This document shows, piece after piece, positions 38,168 through 50,511 of a DNA stretch of 64,000 nt (position 1 is the first letter of the stretch; each line of letters starts with the position of its first letter). The stretch comes from Dicyema japonicum (taxonomy: Eukaryota; Animalia; Dicyemida): contig RDEW01000007.1 in the NCBI GenBank assembly GCA_011109175.1, positions 1,254,295 to 1,318,294 on the forward strand. The letters run 5' to 3'. A model generated the notes under the pieces. It was not told where the DNA came from and made no database searches. It was given only the letters and a program-made list of their open reading frames with translations. A program made the translations under genes and the position numbers.

Positions 38168-38794
38168 TTAAGGTCGAACAACCCCACAAAAAATTAAAAT
38201 GATCAACAAATATTTAAATTTTAATATATTTTTATATAATAAAAATAAAAATCAACTAATTATATTTTAAAATCACGCTCATTTTAGTGGATCTGATTTA
38301 AAAGATAGTCAATAAATGGACAAGCATGCCATAGTTTACTTTTCAAAGCACGCGTTCGCCGTATTATTAGGAATAGTCTGTGGATTTTTAAAAATATACG
38401 GCTTTCTTGGAGTATTTATGTGATTAGTGGTTTAATGCTTATAGATTTTTTATTTTATACTCAATGTTTTCATATTTTTTATTTGTCCTGTCATCCCCCA
38501 ACAAAACTGCTGACGTTTTTATCATGGACGGTCTTTTTCCTTCGTTCTTTAATTTTTTGGTATTAATTTCATTAATTTTAGGTTCCCTGGATAATTGTCA
38601 CCACAATCGTTTTTTAAATTTAACCAAACTTACGTTGTTTAATAAATTTACTTTAACGCTTATTTGTTGTCGAATGATTGAGTTCAATTTTATGCTACTT
38701 ATTAGGCTTTGAACTGACAACATTGAGTGTTAATGACACGTGACTTGGCAGTCTTGTTATTTTTACTGACATTTTATTGCCTAGACGTTTATAT

Positions 38795-39130
38795 TAACCC
38801 CAGAGAAACGAGAAAAAAAGGAATGAGTAACTACCTTTATTGTGACCTGTGTGACCTTCCTGTGTGGAACTGTAAGTAATATGGCGCTAAGTTAACTGAT
38901 GTGACGACTGAACTTTCCTTGGTATTCCTTTTGGAGATGAAAAACCGAGAAGCCACATTATCAATGGAAGTGGAGTTTTTATCAATGTCGCAAAAGCTCA
39001 AAGCAGCGTGAATGGATTATCCATGTTCACTAGAAAATGGAACAATAAGGCACCCATAAAAAGGCAAGTAAACATTTCGTGCAATAAACGGAAGTGACCG
39101 CCTTAACCTTCCAACCAATCAACCAGCTGA
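38795..39130 (-). repeat. non-LTR 3'-end fragment related to 30782-31300
   Basis: GTAACTACC core, GGTTTTTCAT block and GGGG-TTAATA tail. Confidence 0.45.
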
Positions 39131-39369
39131 CTAACAGCAATCAAGTTTATATGGGCGAATAGTAACAGTTGCTTGCAACGTTCATTATTGTGATGGTATG
39201 TGTTGTCATGGAGATTGGTAAAGGGTCATTCAATTTTTTTACTTTTATAAGCCTTTTCATATAACTTTATATAATTAACTAAGAATACCATAATCTACCA
39301 CATCAAGCGACAGAACCTTGCAATGTGACCAAGAAACTGCTTGATGAGTTATTTAATATTCACTGGCAT

Positions 39370-39560
39370 AACTAATTGATCCAAGGAAGGAACTCAAAGG
39401 AGAACGTCTGCTTGACCAAATTCATCCTCCAATAGTCCATTACAGACTTCCGTTTTCGGAGAGAGGTGGAGAAGTAGGTCCCCTCTATTCCACTTTCGTC
39501 GCACGTCCAACCATCGTGGACATCACTTCATTCTATCACGAGTAGATTTGGCCAGAGAGA
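39370..39560 (-). repeat. dispersed repeat copy related to 24290-24460 and 9890-10030
   Basis: AATAGTCCATTA(C/A)AGACTTCCG...GAGAGGTG(G/A)AGAAGTAG...GGACATCACTTCATTCT shared with 24340-24440. Confidence 0.75.
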
Positions 39561-39849
39561 AGGAAAGAAGAGTTATTTAATATGCGATGCTAAAACCTGT
39601 CTTACTGCCAGTTAGCAACCAAACAAGTTATTTTTTTATTTAAAAAAAAACTCAAAAAAATGAAATGAATATTTTCCCGTGTCTTATTTATCCACTAATC
39701 AGGAATAACCAAACTATAAGCCTGTAGCATTCCAAGCTATGCATCTCCCCCATAAAATCATTATATATGTGCAGTTCTGACATAATCTACAAATCTTGCC
39801 TTTTCCTTATCTCAATGATAGAATGGGCAAAGTAATTTCTATCTAAATT

Positions 39850-41258
39850 TATGGATAACCATTCTGAAGAACCTGTGAAGAAGGGTCCATAATTCTAACC
39901 CAACGTTTCTGGTAGAGATATCAACGGACTTATACATCAACGTCGGATCAAAGAAACGGGGAACGGTAGCCTGGCTCTTGTAATGTAACCATTAACGAAG
40001 AAACTATTATACACTTATAGTTCAACGTCGGATCAGAAGACCTAAATAAAGTCGAATATAACCTTAAAAACTTTCAAACAAGATATGAAGTTAGAAAATA
40101 AGAAATCGAATTCCACAATTTTGGATACTGTTCTTTAATCTTCGAATTCTGCAAAACTGAGAAATTGAGGTACTCTGAAAGTTAATTTCATAAGATGTAT
40201 TATTTTTTAGGTCTATTGGTTCCTCTCTTAATTCTGAATCAGAGTTTAAAACCTTGGATTTGAAAGGATCAATCATCCACTGAGGAATATCAAAATTAAT
40301 CCTAAAAACGAGAAACTTCATTTTTTCATGATTTCCAATGAGACCCACAACATCCGATAATATCAATTTCAGTGATGGATCAATCACTGACTCTCCAATC
40401 GTATAGAAACAGTCTGTTTTCGCGACCAATTCAGATATTTTATAGGAAGTTTCCAATCCTTCTAAAAATCAACTAAAATGCTAACTAATAATTTTTAATG
40501 TATGGTGTTTATATTTTTGTTTGATTGTAGGAATTTTGAAATAGCTCTCCCTCAGTTTTTCAAACTATTCGATACAAATCAAGTTAGACAAATGCTGCAG
40601 TAGTCTTATAAAGCAATATTGCATATTAGTCAATACGGCTTTGTTTCACAAATGGGAACTTGTATAACCCCAAGTCATAAGAATATGCTTTGGTAATTAC
40701 CGACTGAAATCATCACGAAGAAATTAATTTCACGACTCGTAATAATTTATGGTAGCCTTCTAAAAATTTTTAATTATTTAATTTTAATTTAATTAACTAA
40801 TAATTTTAAATCTATTTTTACTTTGGCTTAGTGGTTAGGTGTCGGGCTTAAGTGGCTTAGGCTACGGGTTCGAATCTCGCTGCTGTTCACCTGGTGGAAG
40901 GTTCCACGCATCTACGATGCGGAAAGGGTTTGACGAGTGACGCCGTCATCAGTGAATACTCACTGCGGAACTGGATTGTCTAGAAAGGACACTCACACAA
41001 GAAAAAGAAAAAAAGAAGTGAAGATCATTCCTTGGTTCTACGATTAGTTAAAATTAACTGTTCTTTACTTAAATAAAGTGTGTGTCCTGCCTATGCGGAG
41101 CTAATACCACGGCTCCGTGAAAAAGGCTGTTATTATTATTATTATTATTTACTTTCAATAAATATTTTCGTTATTTTTTTAAAAATTAAAAAAATCAATA
41201 GTTAAAAATCCTACCGCCCAAAAGTAAAAAATCCTAACGCCCAGGTTGAGAACCACTG
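39850..41258 (-). mobile_element. hAT (Buster/Charlie-like) transposon relic
   Basis: TSYKISELVAKTDCFYTIGESVI matches Buster-type ASYxVSxLIAK...TIGE; Charlie-like terminus GGTTGAGAACCACTG ends at 41258. Confidence 0.65.
40820..41150 (+). mobile_element. near full-length tRNA-derived SINE with (TTA)n tail
   Basis: A box TGGCTTAGTGG (40824), B box GGTTCGAATC (40867), body shared with 31620, 52955 and 53400 copies, tail TTATTATTA... Confidence 0.8.
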
Positions 41259-41463
41259 ATCTAAAAAATAATCATTATTGTGACAGACGTAGTGGAGTTG
41301 GTAGAATTGTTTTAAGCTGTGGTAATTTTCGGATGTTAAAATTTCCGGAAAATGTTTCAAGAGAAATGCGAATATAAAAACTAATTTCAGGGTGTGTTAA
41401 TAGATATAGTCCATTATCATATAGGCTAGGTCTATAAATGGCCAATTTTTGTTTTTTCTTAAA

Positions 41464-43366
41464 ATGGGCGAGAAAATGCAATGGACGAAGAAAATCGAAT
41501 TTACTTTGACTTTGCTGACATTTGCTGTTGGACTCGGTAATATATGGAGATTTCCTTATTTGTGTTTCAAGTATGGTGGAGGTTTGGAATGCTTTAATAG
41601 GAAGGTGCATTCTTGATTCCGTATATTCTGAGCCTATTCGTCATTGGTTACCCAATGCTTTACTTGGAGATTGCTTTAGGGCAGTTTACTGGCCTAGACT
41701 GTGTGTGCTGTTGGGACATATCTCCCATTTTTAGAGGTTACCGATTATAATCATATGAATTAGGAGTTGGATTTTCGGGAGGAATCATTGCCTGGATGAT
41801 TGGAGTATACTATAACGTACTTGTCTCACAATTTATTGAATACTTGTATTATTCGTGGAAATCGACATTACCTTGGACATCTTGTAATAACTCTTGGAAT
41901 GTGAACTGTATTTCGAATATCTTTGAATATATTAGGCACGAGAGGACTAAGTTCAAATCAGTTCTTTTAGTAATATTCGTTATTTATAGCAACCAGCAAT
42001 GAAATCGTACAAGTGACTGACTCGATAGGAGATCGTGGTAAAATTATTCCGGGGTTGTGCGCAACTTACTTTATTTCCTGGACTCTTGTGTTTATATGTG
42101 TGATCAAGTCAGTCAAATCAATCGGAAAGGTAATACAAATGAAAATTATAGATCGCCTATATAACAGCAGTGTTACCTTACATAATCATGACGATTTTAT
42201 TAATCAGAGGACTAACTCTTAAAGGGTCAAAGGATGGGGTAAAATTTTACCTTAAATCCCGACATTTCCAAATTAAAGATACTTAAGGTAGACGAGATTG
42301 TCACAACATAGATTTGGGAGGAAGCAGCAAATCAGATATTCTTTTCACTGACAACTTGCTGTGGCGGAATTATCACACTATCAAGCTTCAATAAATACAA
42401 TAATAATTTTTTGACTGACACGTTGATCGTTGGTTCCCTCAACAGCATAACCTCGTTTTACGCTGGATTTTCCATTTTTGCTGCGACTGGCCATTTAGCT
42501 TATCTTGCGAAAACCAATATCTCTGCAGTAACCAAATTTGGTTTTTTCGAATGCAATAAATCTACAGGGGCGTCACTGGCATTTATAGGCTACCCTGCTT
42601 CCATCTCAACCCTACCAATTCCTCAATTATGGGCCACATTGTTTTATTTGATGATGTTATGTCTTGGCTTTGGAACTATGGTTAGTAAGGAAGACATTCT
42701 AATTTTCTAGCTTGCGACGGTGGAGGGATTCACGACACCAATTGAAAATTATTTTTTCCCAAACTCTTCAAGAAATACACGGGTGGTAATTAGAGGAACA
42801 GCATGTTTCGTTAGCTTCATATGTGGCCTTCCAATGACATTTCAGGCTTCCGTCTGCTCTTAAAATAGGGGGGATTTTATTACATCGACATATACGACAA
42901 TGCTTCGAGCTCAGGATTTTTATGGGTCGGAATTTGTGAGTTAGTATGCCTAATATATGTTTACGGTCGTATGATTTGATTACTAAAGATTTTAGAAATT
43001 TTGCGAGAGAAATCGAACTGATGGTTGGCAGAAAATGCGGATTCTTATGGAAATTTGTGTTTATTTTTGTCACTCCAGTTTCGACCGTTGTATAATCTTC
43101 ATTTGAATTGATAGCTCATGTCAATATCAAATTATGTCAGATACAAACCTGCTGATACTGCGACCACAAAGCTTTCCAAAGGGATAAATATTTTCTTGTC
43201 CCTTCTTTGTATTCTTCCAATCCCGTTTATGCCATTGGATACACAATTTATGCTTACGTTCGTAACTTAATGACTATTTTAGATTTACAATCAAAATATA
43301 TTCAAGCCATCCACAAGCTGGTTAAACAGACCAGTAAAGAATAACAAAGTTTTTCCAGAACTATAA
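41464..43366 (+). CDS. SLC6/SNF sodium:neurotransmitter symporter family transporter, multi-exon
   Basis: [76 protein letters not shown]. Confidence 0.92.
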
Positions 43367-43547
43367 TTGAAGCTAATATAAATATTAACAATTAATTTTA
43401 TAAAATTTAAAATTTTTAAATTATAGTCATTGGTGCCATGTGGGGCTAAATAAAATGTTAGCCACATGGCGCCATGTGGTGCTTCGTGGTTAATTGGTTG
43501 AAGTTTCTGTTTTTTTGTCTGTTCCTCCTGTCTCTTCCTATTAGAGT

Positions 43548-43608
43548 GGCGTCATGTGATCCACCTGTCTAGGTGACGCCCAGTGCCAGGCCGGCACGAA
43601 AAAGGATA
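43548..43608 (+). ncRNA. HDV-like pseudoknot motif, best-folding orphan copy C
   Basis: P1 GGCGTC/GACGCC, P2 ATCC/GGAT, P3 ACC/GGT, P4 TGCC/GGCA, J4/2 CGAAAAA. Confidence 0.6.
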
Positions 43609-44749
43609 ATTTGCTCTCTCTCACTTCACTGGAGGGGTTCACACAACTGCAAGTATGGACCTCATTTACCCTTTATGTTGATTCTGGATGGACTCTATTT
43701 ATGTGAAAGTGGAAACTGGATACACTTCATTAGTGTTTACTTTAACTTTTTTCTCGGTGTACCCGGGGTTAATAAATAATGTGGTCTAAGTGGCGACTTG
43801 ATTGAAGATTTCTGCGACATCCTTCCCTTTCATCTGGTGGCGTCATTGGATCAACCTTCCAATACCTTGACTGCATTCAAAAGGATTCATTTCACCATAA
43901 TTTAATTAGCTGTATCCTTTTACAAATTCCAGTCTGCAATCCGGAATTCTTAGTCCGGGTTCCTCATTTTTTGCGGCGACAAATCTGATCGTTTATTTCA
44001 ATCGGTGATAGAACCCAAAAAACTTGCAAATACCGATAGAAATCCACACCTTTTCAAATTCTGCTGAAAGACGAGCGCCATGGGTACAGGTACGTAGTAT
44101 GAATGACGTAGAAACGTCGCAAAAATTAAGCACACCTTTTGTTTAGCTACTTTTTGGTGTTTACTTTCCGGTGTTAGATAATAATATACCCACCCATCTT
44201 CGCCTTTCTCACCACATCAGACTGACCTATAGAAGTATCTACTTTTGGTAGTTCTTCGCTTGAAAAGGCTGGGGGTAAATAAACTGCAATGATGGAGTGC
44301 AGCAATTATAAGTAAACGAACGATAGTTTCACAAATCTTACAGACTTTATTGTTATTTTATGCGACGTGGTACCTTCTTCCACTTCTCTTGGGGGAATGC
44401 TTGATTTGGGATGATACCTTCATTGACACATTTTCCCAGTCGAGACATTTAGGCTCCGCGTTGAAAACTGGTAAGGCTGCTCGGATGCTGAGAATTTCAA
44501 AATAAGAGTCGTCGAGACAGGCGGTGTCTTCGGGCTTTTCCAAGATCTTTTAGGTCCATGATAACGAAAGCGAGTAACAGAGGAAACCGAGTGACTGTTC
44601 CAAAAAATTTCTCTGGCAGTTGTAAGGGGAAACACCCACTCGATTATCTCAGCTGAATTACTTTGATTGTTTTGTTACGTAATAAATTATTTATACAAAA
44701 AATAATTATAATGACTTCAAAGTAAACCCAAGGTCAATTAAAATATCAA

Positions 44750-45130
44750 ATTTACTGTACAGTAATAAATAAAATAAAGTTACTATACAGTGAAGTCGTG
44801 AATATTTGTGACCAATTTGAGAATTTGGAACACCTGGGTATTTCAGATTTGGAAATCATAACTGGCTTTAATTTATGGGTTCCAGTCATATTCGTACACA
44901 ACATAATTGAAACCCGATCTTTGAAATTTTTATATCTACCAAATCGTGTTATGCATATGCTCTTGGACGGAATCAGCCCTGCCTCGTCCATATTTCAAAT
45001 TTCGTCTTTATAATATCTGAAAATTTCTTCAAAGTGGTGTACAAATCCTGCTAGGTCAGGTTGTTTGTCAGTTATCATTTCCCCCTGTAATTTATGCATT
45101 CGAAAACTAAGCTTAGTATCAGGAAATTTT
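44750..45130 (-). mobile_element. pogo/Tigger-like transposase fragment
   Basis: MDEAGL...KDRVSIMLCTNMTGTHKLKPVMISKSEIPRC. Confidence 0.8.
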
Positions 45131-45177
45131 AGCGATTTGCATATGTTGAAGGAATATAATTTTTAGATGTTTTAAAT

Positions 45178-45725
45178 ATGGAATCTGTTTTTCCAAGCAA
45201 TGATATTTCCTTAAGGACAAAAAATATTTCTTGGAAAAACAAATATATTTCCTTAAGGACCAAATGCAGATTGGTTAATGCAATCGTGTTCCCGGTTTTT
45301 TTATACGGCGCAGAATCATGGACATTGAAAAAGGCGGATAGGCGAAGAATTAATGCTTTTGAGCTATGGTGCTAGAGGAGGTTACTAAGAATCCCTTGGA
45401 CCTCCAAAGTAACAACCATCAATGTACTCAAAAGGGTAGAGACTGACATTTCGCTAGAGGGAAGAATCGTAAAACACAGATTGGCGTTCTTTGAGCATGT
45501 TGTCCGCTCTGATTCACTGGAAAGAACCATTATGCTGAGCAATATTACTGGAAAGAGAAGACCTGGCCGACCAAGGACTCGGTGGCTATCCACGGTGAAA
45601 GAAGTCACGGGAATGCCTATATCAAGGCTACTCCAAATTGCAACGGATCGGGGAGAGTGGAGGAAACTCGTTCATGAGATCTCCAAGGGTCGGACACGAC
45701 TAAATTGGACAACATAACATAACAT
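45178..45725 (+). mobile_element. RTE (BovB-like) LINE 3' end
   Basis: TKCRLVNAIVFPVFLYGAESWTL, RINAFELWC*RRLLRIPWT, GKRRPGRPRTRWL, ATDRGEWRK; (ACATA)n tail; 5' end has a local duplication. Confidence 0.85.
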
Positions 45726-46287
45726 ATGGACTTTAAGGAATTAAGGAATATTATTCACTATTTTTCTTGAATTTCGAATAGTAAATAAAATAGAAAGTCT
45801 GTGAGCGATTGTTGTTCAGTATTATTCTCGTCTTAGTATCTCTAAATTTCGAGTTTTTGAAAACAATTACGCCTTGACAAGAAGCTTTCGAACACTTGGT
45901 AAAATTTTTAGTTTGAAATTTTGATTTTTAATAAAATAATAAAAAGATAAGTAAAAATAAATTTTATGTTTTTAATAATGTGTGGCCAATTTGAGAATTG
46001 GCCAATTAAAGGGACTTCATTGTATTAAGAATTTTTCAATCCGGGTTTCCTACTTTTCTTTAAAACCACGTGTTTGTTTTTTTCTTTAACTGATTTTTGG
46101 CTCTTTTTAAGTGCCTCAATTTTATTGGTTTTATGATTTCGAGGACTTCTAATATCTTTTATATCAATATGATTTTTATGTGAAAGTTAAATATTTATGA
46201 TTTAATTTATTTTAAATAAATAATTTTTTGATGGTACCTGTTAAAGAATAAAAAAAATCTTTTAGTTTAGGAATGTTAATGCAACGT

Positions 46288-49090
46288 GGCGTCATGTGGT
46301 CCACCTTTTATGGTGGCGCCGAGTGCTTCTATGCACAAAAAAGGAACTTCACTTTTCCCCCATCTGGAGTCATCTTCAGACGACAACCCTGCTGCCTCAG
46401 CCTCCTCTTGAAAAAAGACCTAACCTTACTACTTGCCGGCGACGTGGAGCAAAACCCAGGGCCGCAACTAACGATTCTACAGCTTAACATCACTGGAATC
46501 AGAGGAAAAATTCTCGAACTACGCGCTTATCTAAATAAACAAAATGTGGATGTGGCAGCAATTCAAGAAACCAGATTGACGCCTACTTCAACTACTCCTT
46601 CCTTTTCTGGATACAACTGTATCCGTTTGGACCAGTTGAACCGGAAAGGCGTGGCCTCATGTTAATCATTAAGAATGAGTTATTGTATACTGACATCACA
46701 GATGACCTCGAGTCTTTGACCCAAGATGATGTTACGGAAATAACAGGTATCTCGATTCCCACTGTCATTGGAAAAGTTAACATTGCTAATATTTATGTTC
46801 CACCTCCTCCTTTCTGCCCGAAGGGATATAATCCAGACTTCTCGAAGTTGAACAACCTAAGGAACTTGATTATTTGTGGAGATTTAAATGCCAAACACCC
46901 AACTTGGCTAAAATCACAACGGGCTGACTCTATAGGGTGGTCCCTACTTGAACAACTCTCGCCAATGTCGATCCTCAACAATCCGAAGACTCATACGAGA
47001 AGGCCCTACTAGGATAATGAATGTTATACCTCTCCGGACCTTACACTTTGCTCTACTAACCTAACTTCAACCATTTCATGGTCTGTCGACTATGACCTCA
47101 ACTCCGTCATAACCCAATCATCATCGGAATCAAGAAAGCCTTTCCTCCATGAAGAAACTACGTCATTCTTCAACTATAAGAACGCAAACTGGAGAGATTA
47201 TACAACTTTCACAGACATAATGCTACAAAACTTCACAAAATATTCAAATCTATTGTGGAGCTGTGAAAAACCTGAATAACGTGACCTTACTGGGAAGAAA
47301 ACTATTTATTCCAAGATGTTCCTTCAAACGGTACAACGATAAACTAGATCGAGAAACTAGAGCCTTCATCAAAGAAAGCTTAAAAGAAATCTTCCACATT
47401 TCCCGGGAGGAGAAGCCAATCAAGAGTCTCAACGACGCAGTCGCACAGAGGTTGAAATCATCTCAAAGGAATGAATGGGAAAGCAGAATCAGAGGTCTTT
47501 GCAAGCATAAATCAACGCAATACATGTGGAAGACCATTAAAAAGCTCGGACCATATACGAAACCTAATAACACTGGCCAGCCAAATGTCCAAGAACTAAA
47601 CAACCTTATGAAGTTTTATGTCGGAATCAGCCACAAGAAATTCCTGAAAACCAGCCTTTCCTTTACGACCACGAAGCCAAAAAGGTCTTCATTATATTGC
47701 TTATCACATTCCGAAATTTGGAACTGAAATCAAAAATACAAAATCTTCTCTCTCCTGCGGTCCTGATTTGATTCCGGCTATTCTGCTAAAACATCTTGGC
47801 CCAATTGGAATAGAAGCGCTCCGGAACATCTCTAACTTTTCAATAAACCATAACCAAATTCCAGACATTTGGAAACAGTCCAACATACGCCCAATTCTCA
47901 AGCCGGGAAGGCCGAAGAGCGACTCCTCTTTGTACAGACCCATTGCACTATTATGCTCATCCTCGAACTCCTGGAAAAACTCGTTCTACGCATCATTTAC
48001 CCTGCCCTTCCCCTTGCACATCTCCAAATGGTTTCAGGAGAGACCGGTCTACATCAACACACCTCACCTCATGAACCAGTTCATTATTGAAGACTTTTCT
48101 GCAAAACCACATCTAAAATCTGTTTTATGCTCTCTCACCTACATAAGGCCTTAGATTCTGTATCCAGAAAAATCCTTACTCAAAAAATATTTCGACTATC
48201 CATCAACTCGAACATAAAATTATGGCTTTCAAATTTTTTCAGCGGAAGGAGAGGGTGTGTATGCTTGGATGGAATTCGATCAGTCTCAAGATTACTTCCA
48301 AGTGGAGTTCCCCAAGGCTTTCCAAGGCTCCCCTGTCTCTGCCTATATTTTACGGCATTCCCAACCCAGTTATGGAAGACTTGATAATTCTCGTCTATGC
48401 TGATGACCTACTCATTATTTCACGTGATCAAGATTTCACGAATGCTTCAAAAAAGTACAAGACTCTTGTTACAAATTCAAACTTGGCTACACCAAAACTG
48501 GATGAACATATCTCTCGGAAAATCCTCCACGACTCTATTTACCTCGGACAAAAGGCTCGGAAGATGTACCGTGGATCTATTCCTGGACAAAGAAAAAATC
48601 CCTTTTACAAAGAACCCTAAAATTCTGGGGGTCACTTTTGATACCCACATGTGTTTTTCTGCCCATATTGAGAAGACCATTGGAACTTGTCAAGGAAAAT
48701 TGGTTTAATCAAAACCATATTTGGTGGAATAAAAAGGCCATTCCTGCTCTCGGAATTCTCTGTAAGCAATTCATAGAGCCGACTATCAGTTATGCCTGTG
48801 CAGCATGGGGATTAATCTCTCGTGGACCAACCGTCTTAAAGTTGATAGCACCCTATGTCGAGCTGCGACTACCATAATGGACATCGCAAAGCTGAACAAT
48901 ATTCTACCCAGTCCCTTTGACCACCTTATCAAGCAAACGGCAAGAGTTTCTTAATCTTAACCCTCCAGCAGGACCTGCCGTCGACAGACCGTCCTGTGTC
49001 AAGCAGTTTCCAGAAGCACATCACCCCAGTTGGTTTTTTCACGAACACTGTCTTCGCTGGATAAGTCCAACAAGAATCCTTTCGGGCAGA
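46288..49090 (+). mobile_element. Ingi/Vingi-like single-ORF APE-RT LINE (copy D), 5'-complete, frameshifted, 3'-truncated
   Basis: 5' pseudoknot motif, 2A, APE (LQLNITG, AAIQET, IYVPP, CGDLNAKH, PDLTL), RT (SCGPDLI, YRPIALL, GVPQG, LVYADD, ILGVTFD); clade call is inference. Confidence 0.85.
46426..46464 (+). other. 2A-like StopGo ribosome-skipping peptide LLLAGDVEQNPG-P
   Basis: Exact D(V/I)ExNPGP consensus in frame between ATG 46294 and the APE domain. Confidence 0.85.
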
Positions 49091-49635
49091 GGACGGAGGA
49101 GGGACATACATGTTGGCAATTTGAGAGTACTCGATCCGTTTGATATTGAAATTCCGGAGATTTCCGTGGTCCCATCGTTAGTTTGCGACTTTAGTTCAGC
49201 GGATATGTCAGAATAACGGAGGTTCTTTCTGATGATGGTAAGAAGGCCTCCCCGAGGCGGTTCGGGCGATCTAGGCGGATGCAGTAGAAAAACTGGAAAA
49301 ATGAGGAGTAGTAATCGCGGACTGAGTCAACTAGCTTTCTTGAAGCAGGATCACGTCAATGTTTTTGTGTTTGTGAAGGATCGTAATTCGAGAATTTTGC
49401 TCTTTATTCCGTCGTTGATGTTAATCTGCAGAATTGGAAAGTAGGGGACTGGTTGACTCGATGTCGCCAGAGAGTAGTAGAAGGATCCTATTGAGAGTTG
49501 ATGGGAGAAGAGTTGAAGGAAGCGTCCGAAGGAACCAACTTCGGATGGGGGTGAGCAAATGGTCCTTTTCTAGGTGCATTAAGTGCACACCCTGAGCGAC
49601 TCCAAACGTTATGACTGGTAGACCACATGACCGCC
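49085..49635 (-). mobile_element. 5' fragment of the same LINE family (copy E): motif, decayed 2A, APE start
   Basis: GGCGGTCATGTGGTCTACC head; LLLLSGDIES(TSP) with indels; ILQININDGIKSKILELRS, VILLQES, YVPP. Confidence 0.75.
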
Positions 49636-49781
49636 ATGTTTAAATTAAATTACATAATAAAAAACTAATTCAATGCTGATTATAATTTTCCTATTAATTA
49701 GTTAATATATAATTTAAAAATAATATTATTTAAATTTAAAACTTAACGTTTTTGGTGTGTGGTTAATGTACTACATTGTTA

Positions 49782-50423
49782 ATGACAATCCTTGATAACT
49801 TATTACTCAAAAAGATATACGAATCTTCCGACCCTTATCGATTACTGGAAGACTTGCTAAAAATAGTAATAAAAATGTTCAACGAAAAATCAACAGACTC
49901 AACAAGAAGGTAGTTTATTAATCAATTTCAGACAATATATATCAGAGATGATTTGTTCCATCAACCAATGTAAATACTGGTTTCAAAAATCCATGATGAA
50001 GTTCAACTGCTATGATAAGGAAATCGAGGACTATCAGTCTCACTGCAGACAAATCGAGGAAGACCAGCAAGCCAGTCTTCAGAAGCTGGAAAGACTAAAG
50101 AACGACTTAAAGGAAGCCCGTTTAGTGAAGGCTCACAGACAAGGTTGACTCAGTTTATATTCAGAATATACTGTGTTGGCCTCAATCATAAGGAATGAGC
50201 CCACAAGGGAGGAGAGCACTAAGAAGATCGAGTCGTTGGGTGCTGATATTAGTGAACTCATTAAGGAACGTGATGAACTACAGATGAAGGTGGTAATATA
50301 ATAATATATTAGTACAATAATGCATTAAAGAGTATGTATGTACTAAAAAATTCTCTTGCTGATCTGAAGACGTTATTTAAAAGTATTTGTAGGTTTTATT
50401 TTGTAGCTTCAGATTTGAGTTAA
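49782..50423 (+). CDS. THOC7: THO complex subunit 7, multi-exon
   Basis: ARLVKAHRQEYTVLASIIRNEPTREESTKKIESL matches THOC7 AKRIRKNRQEYDALAKVIQHHPDRHETLKELEAL; 3' end uncertain. Confidence 0.75.
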
Positions 50424-50511
50424 AATTTGACTAGAACGCTTATTTTTATGTTTTTGATAAAATATTATTGTTGTTTGTATTTAATAAATAAGCTGTTAAC
50501 TCTATGTAGAT

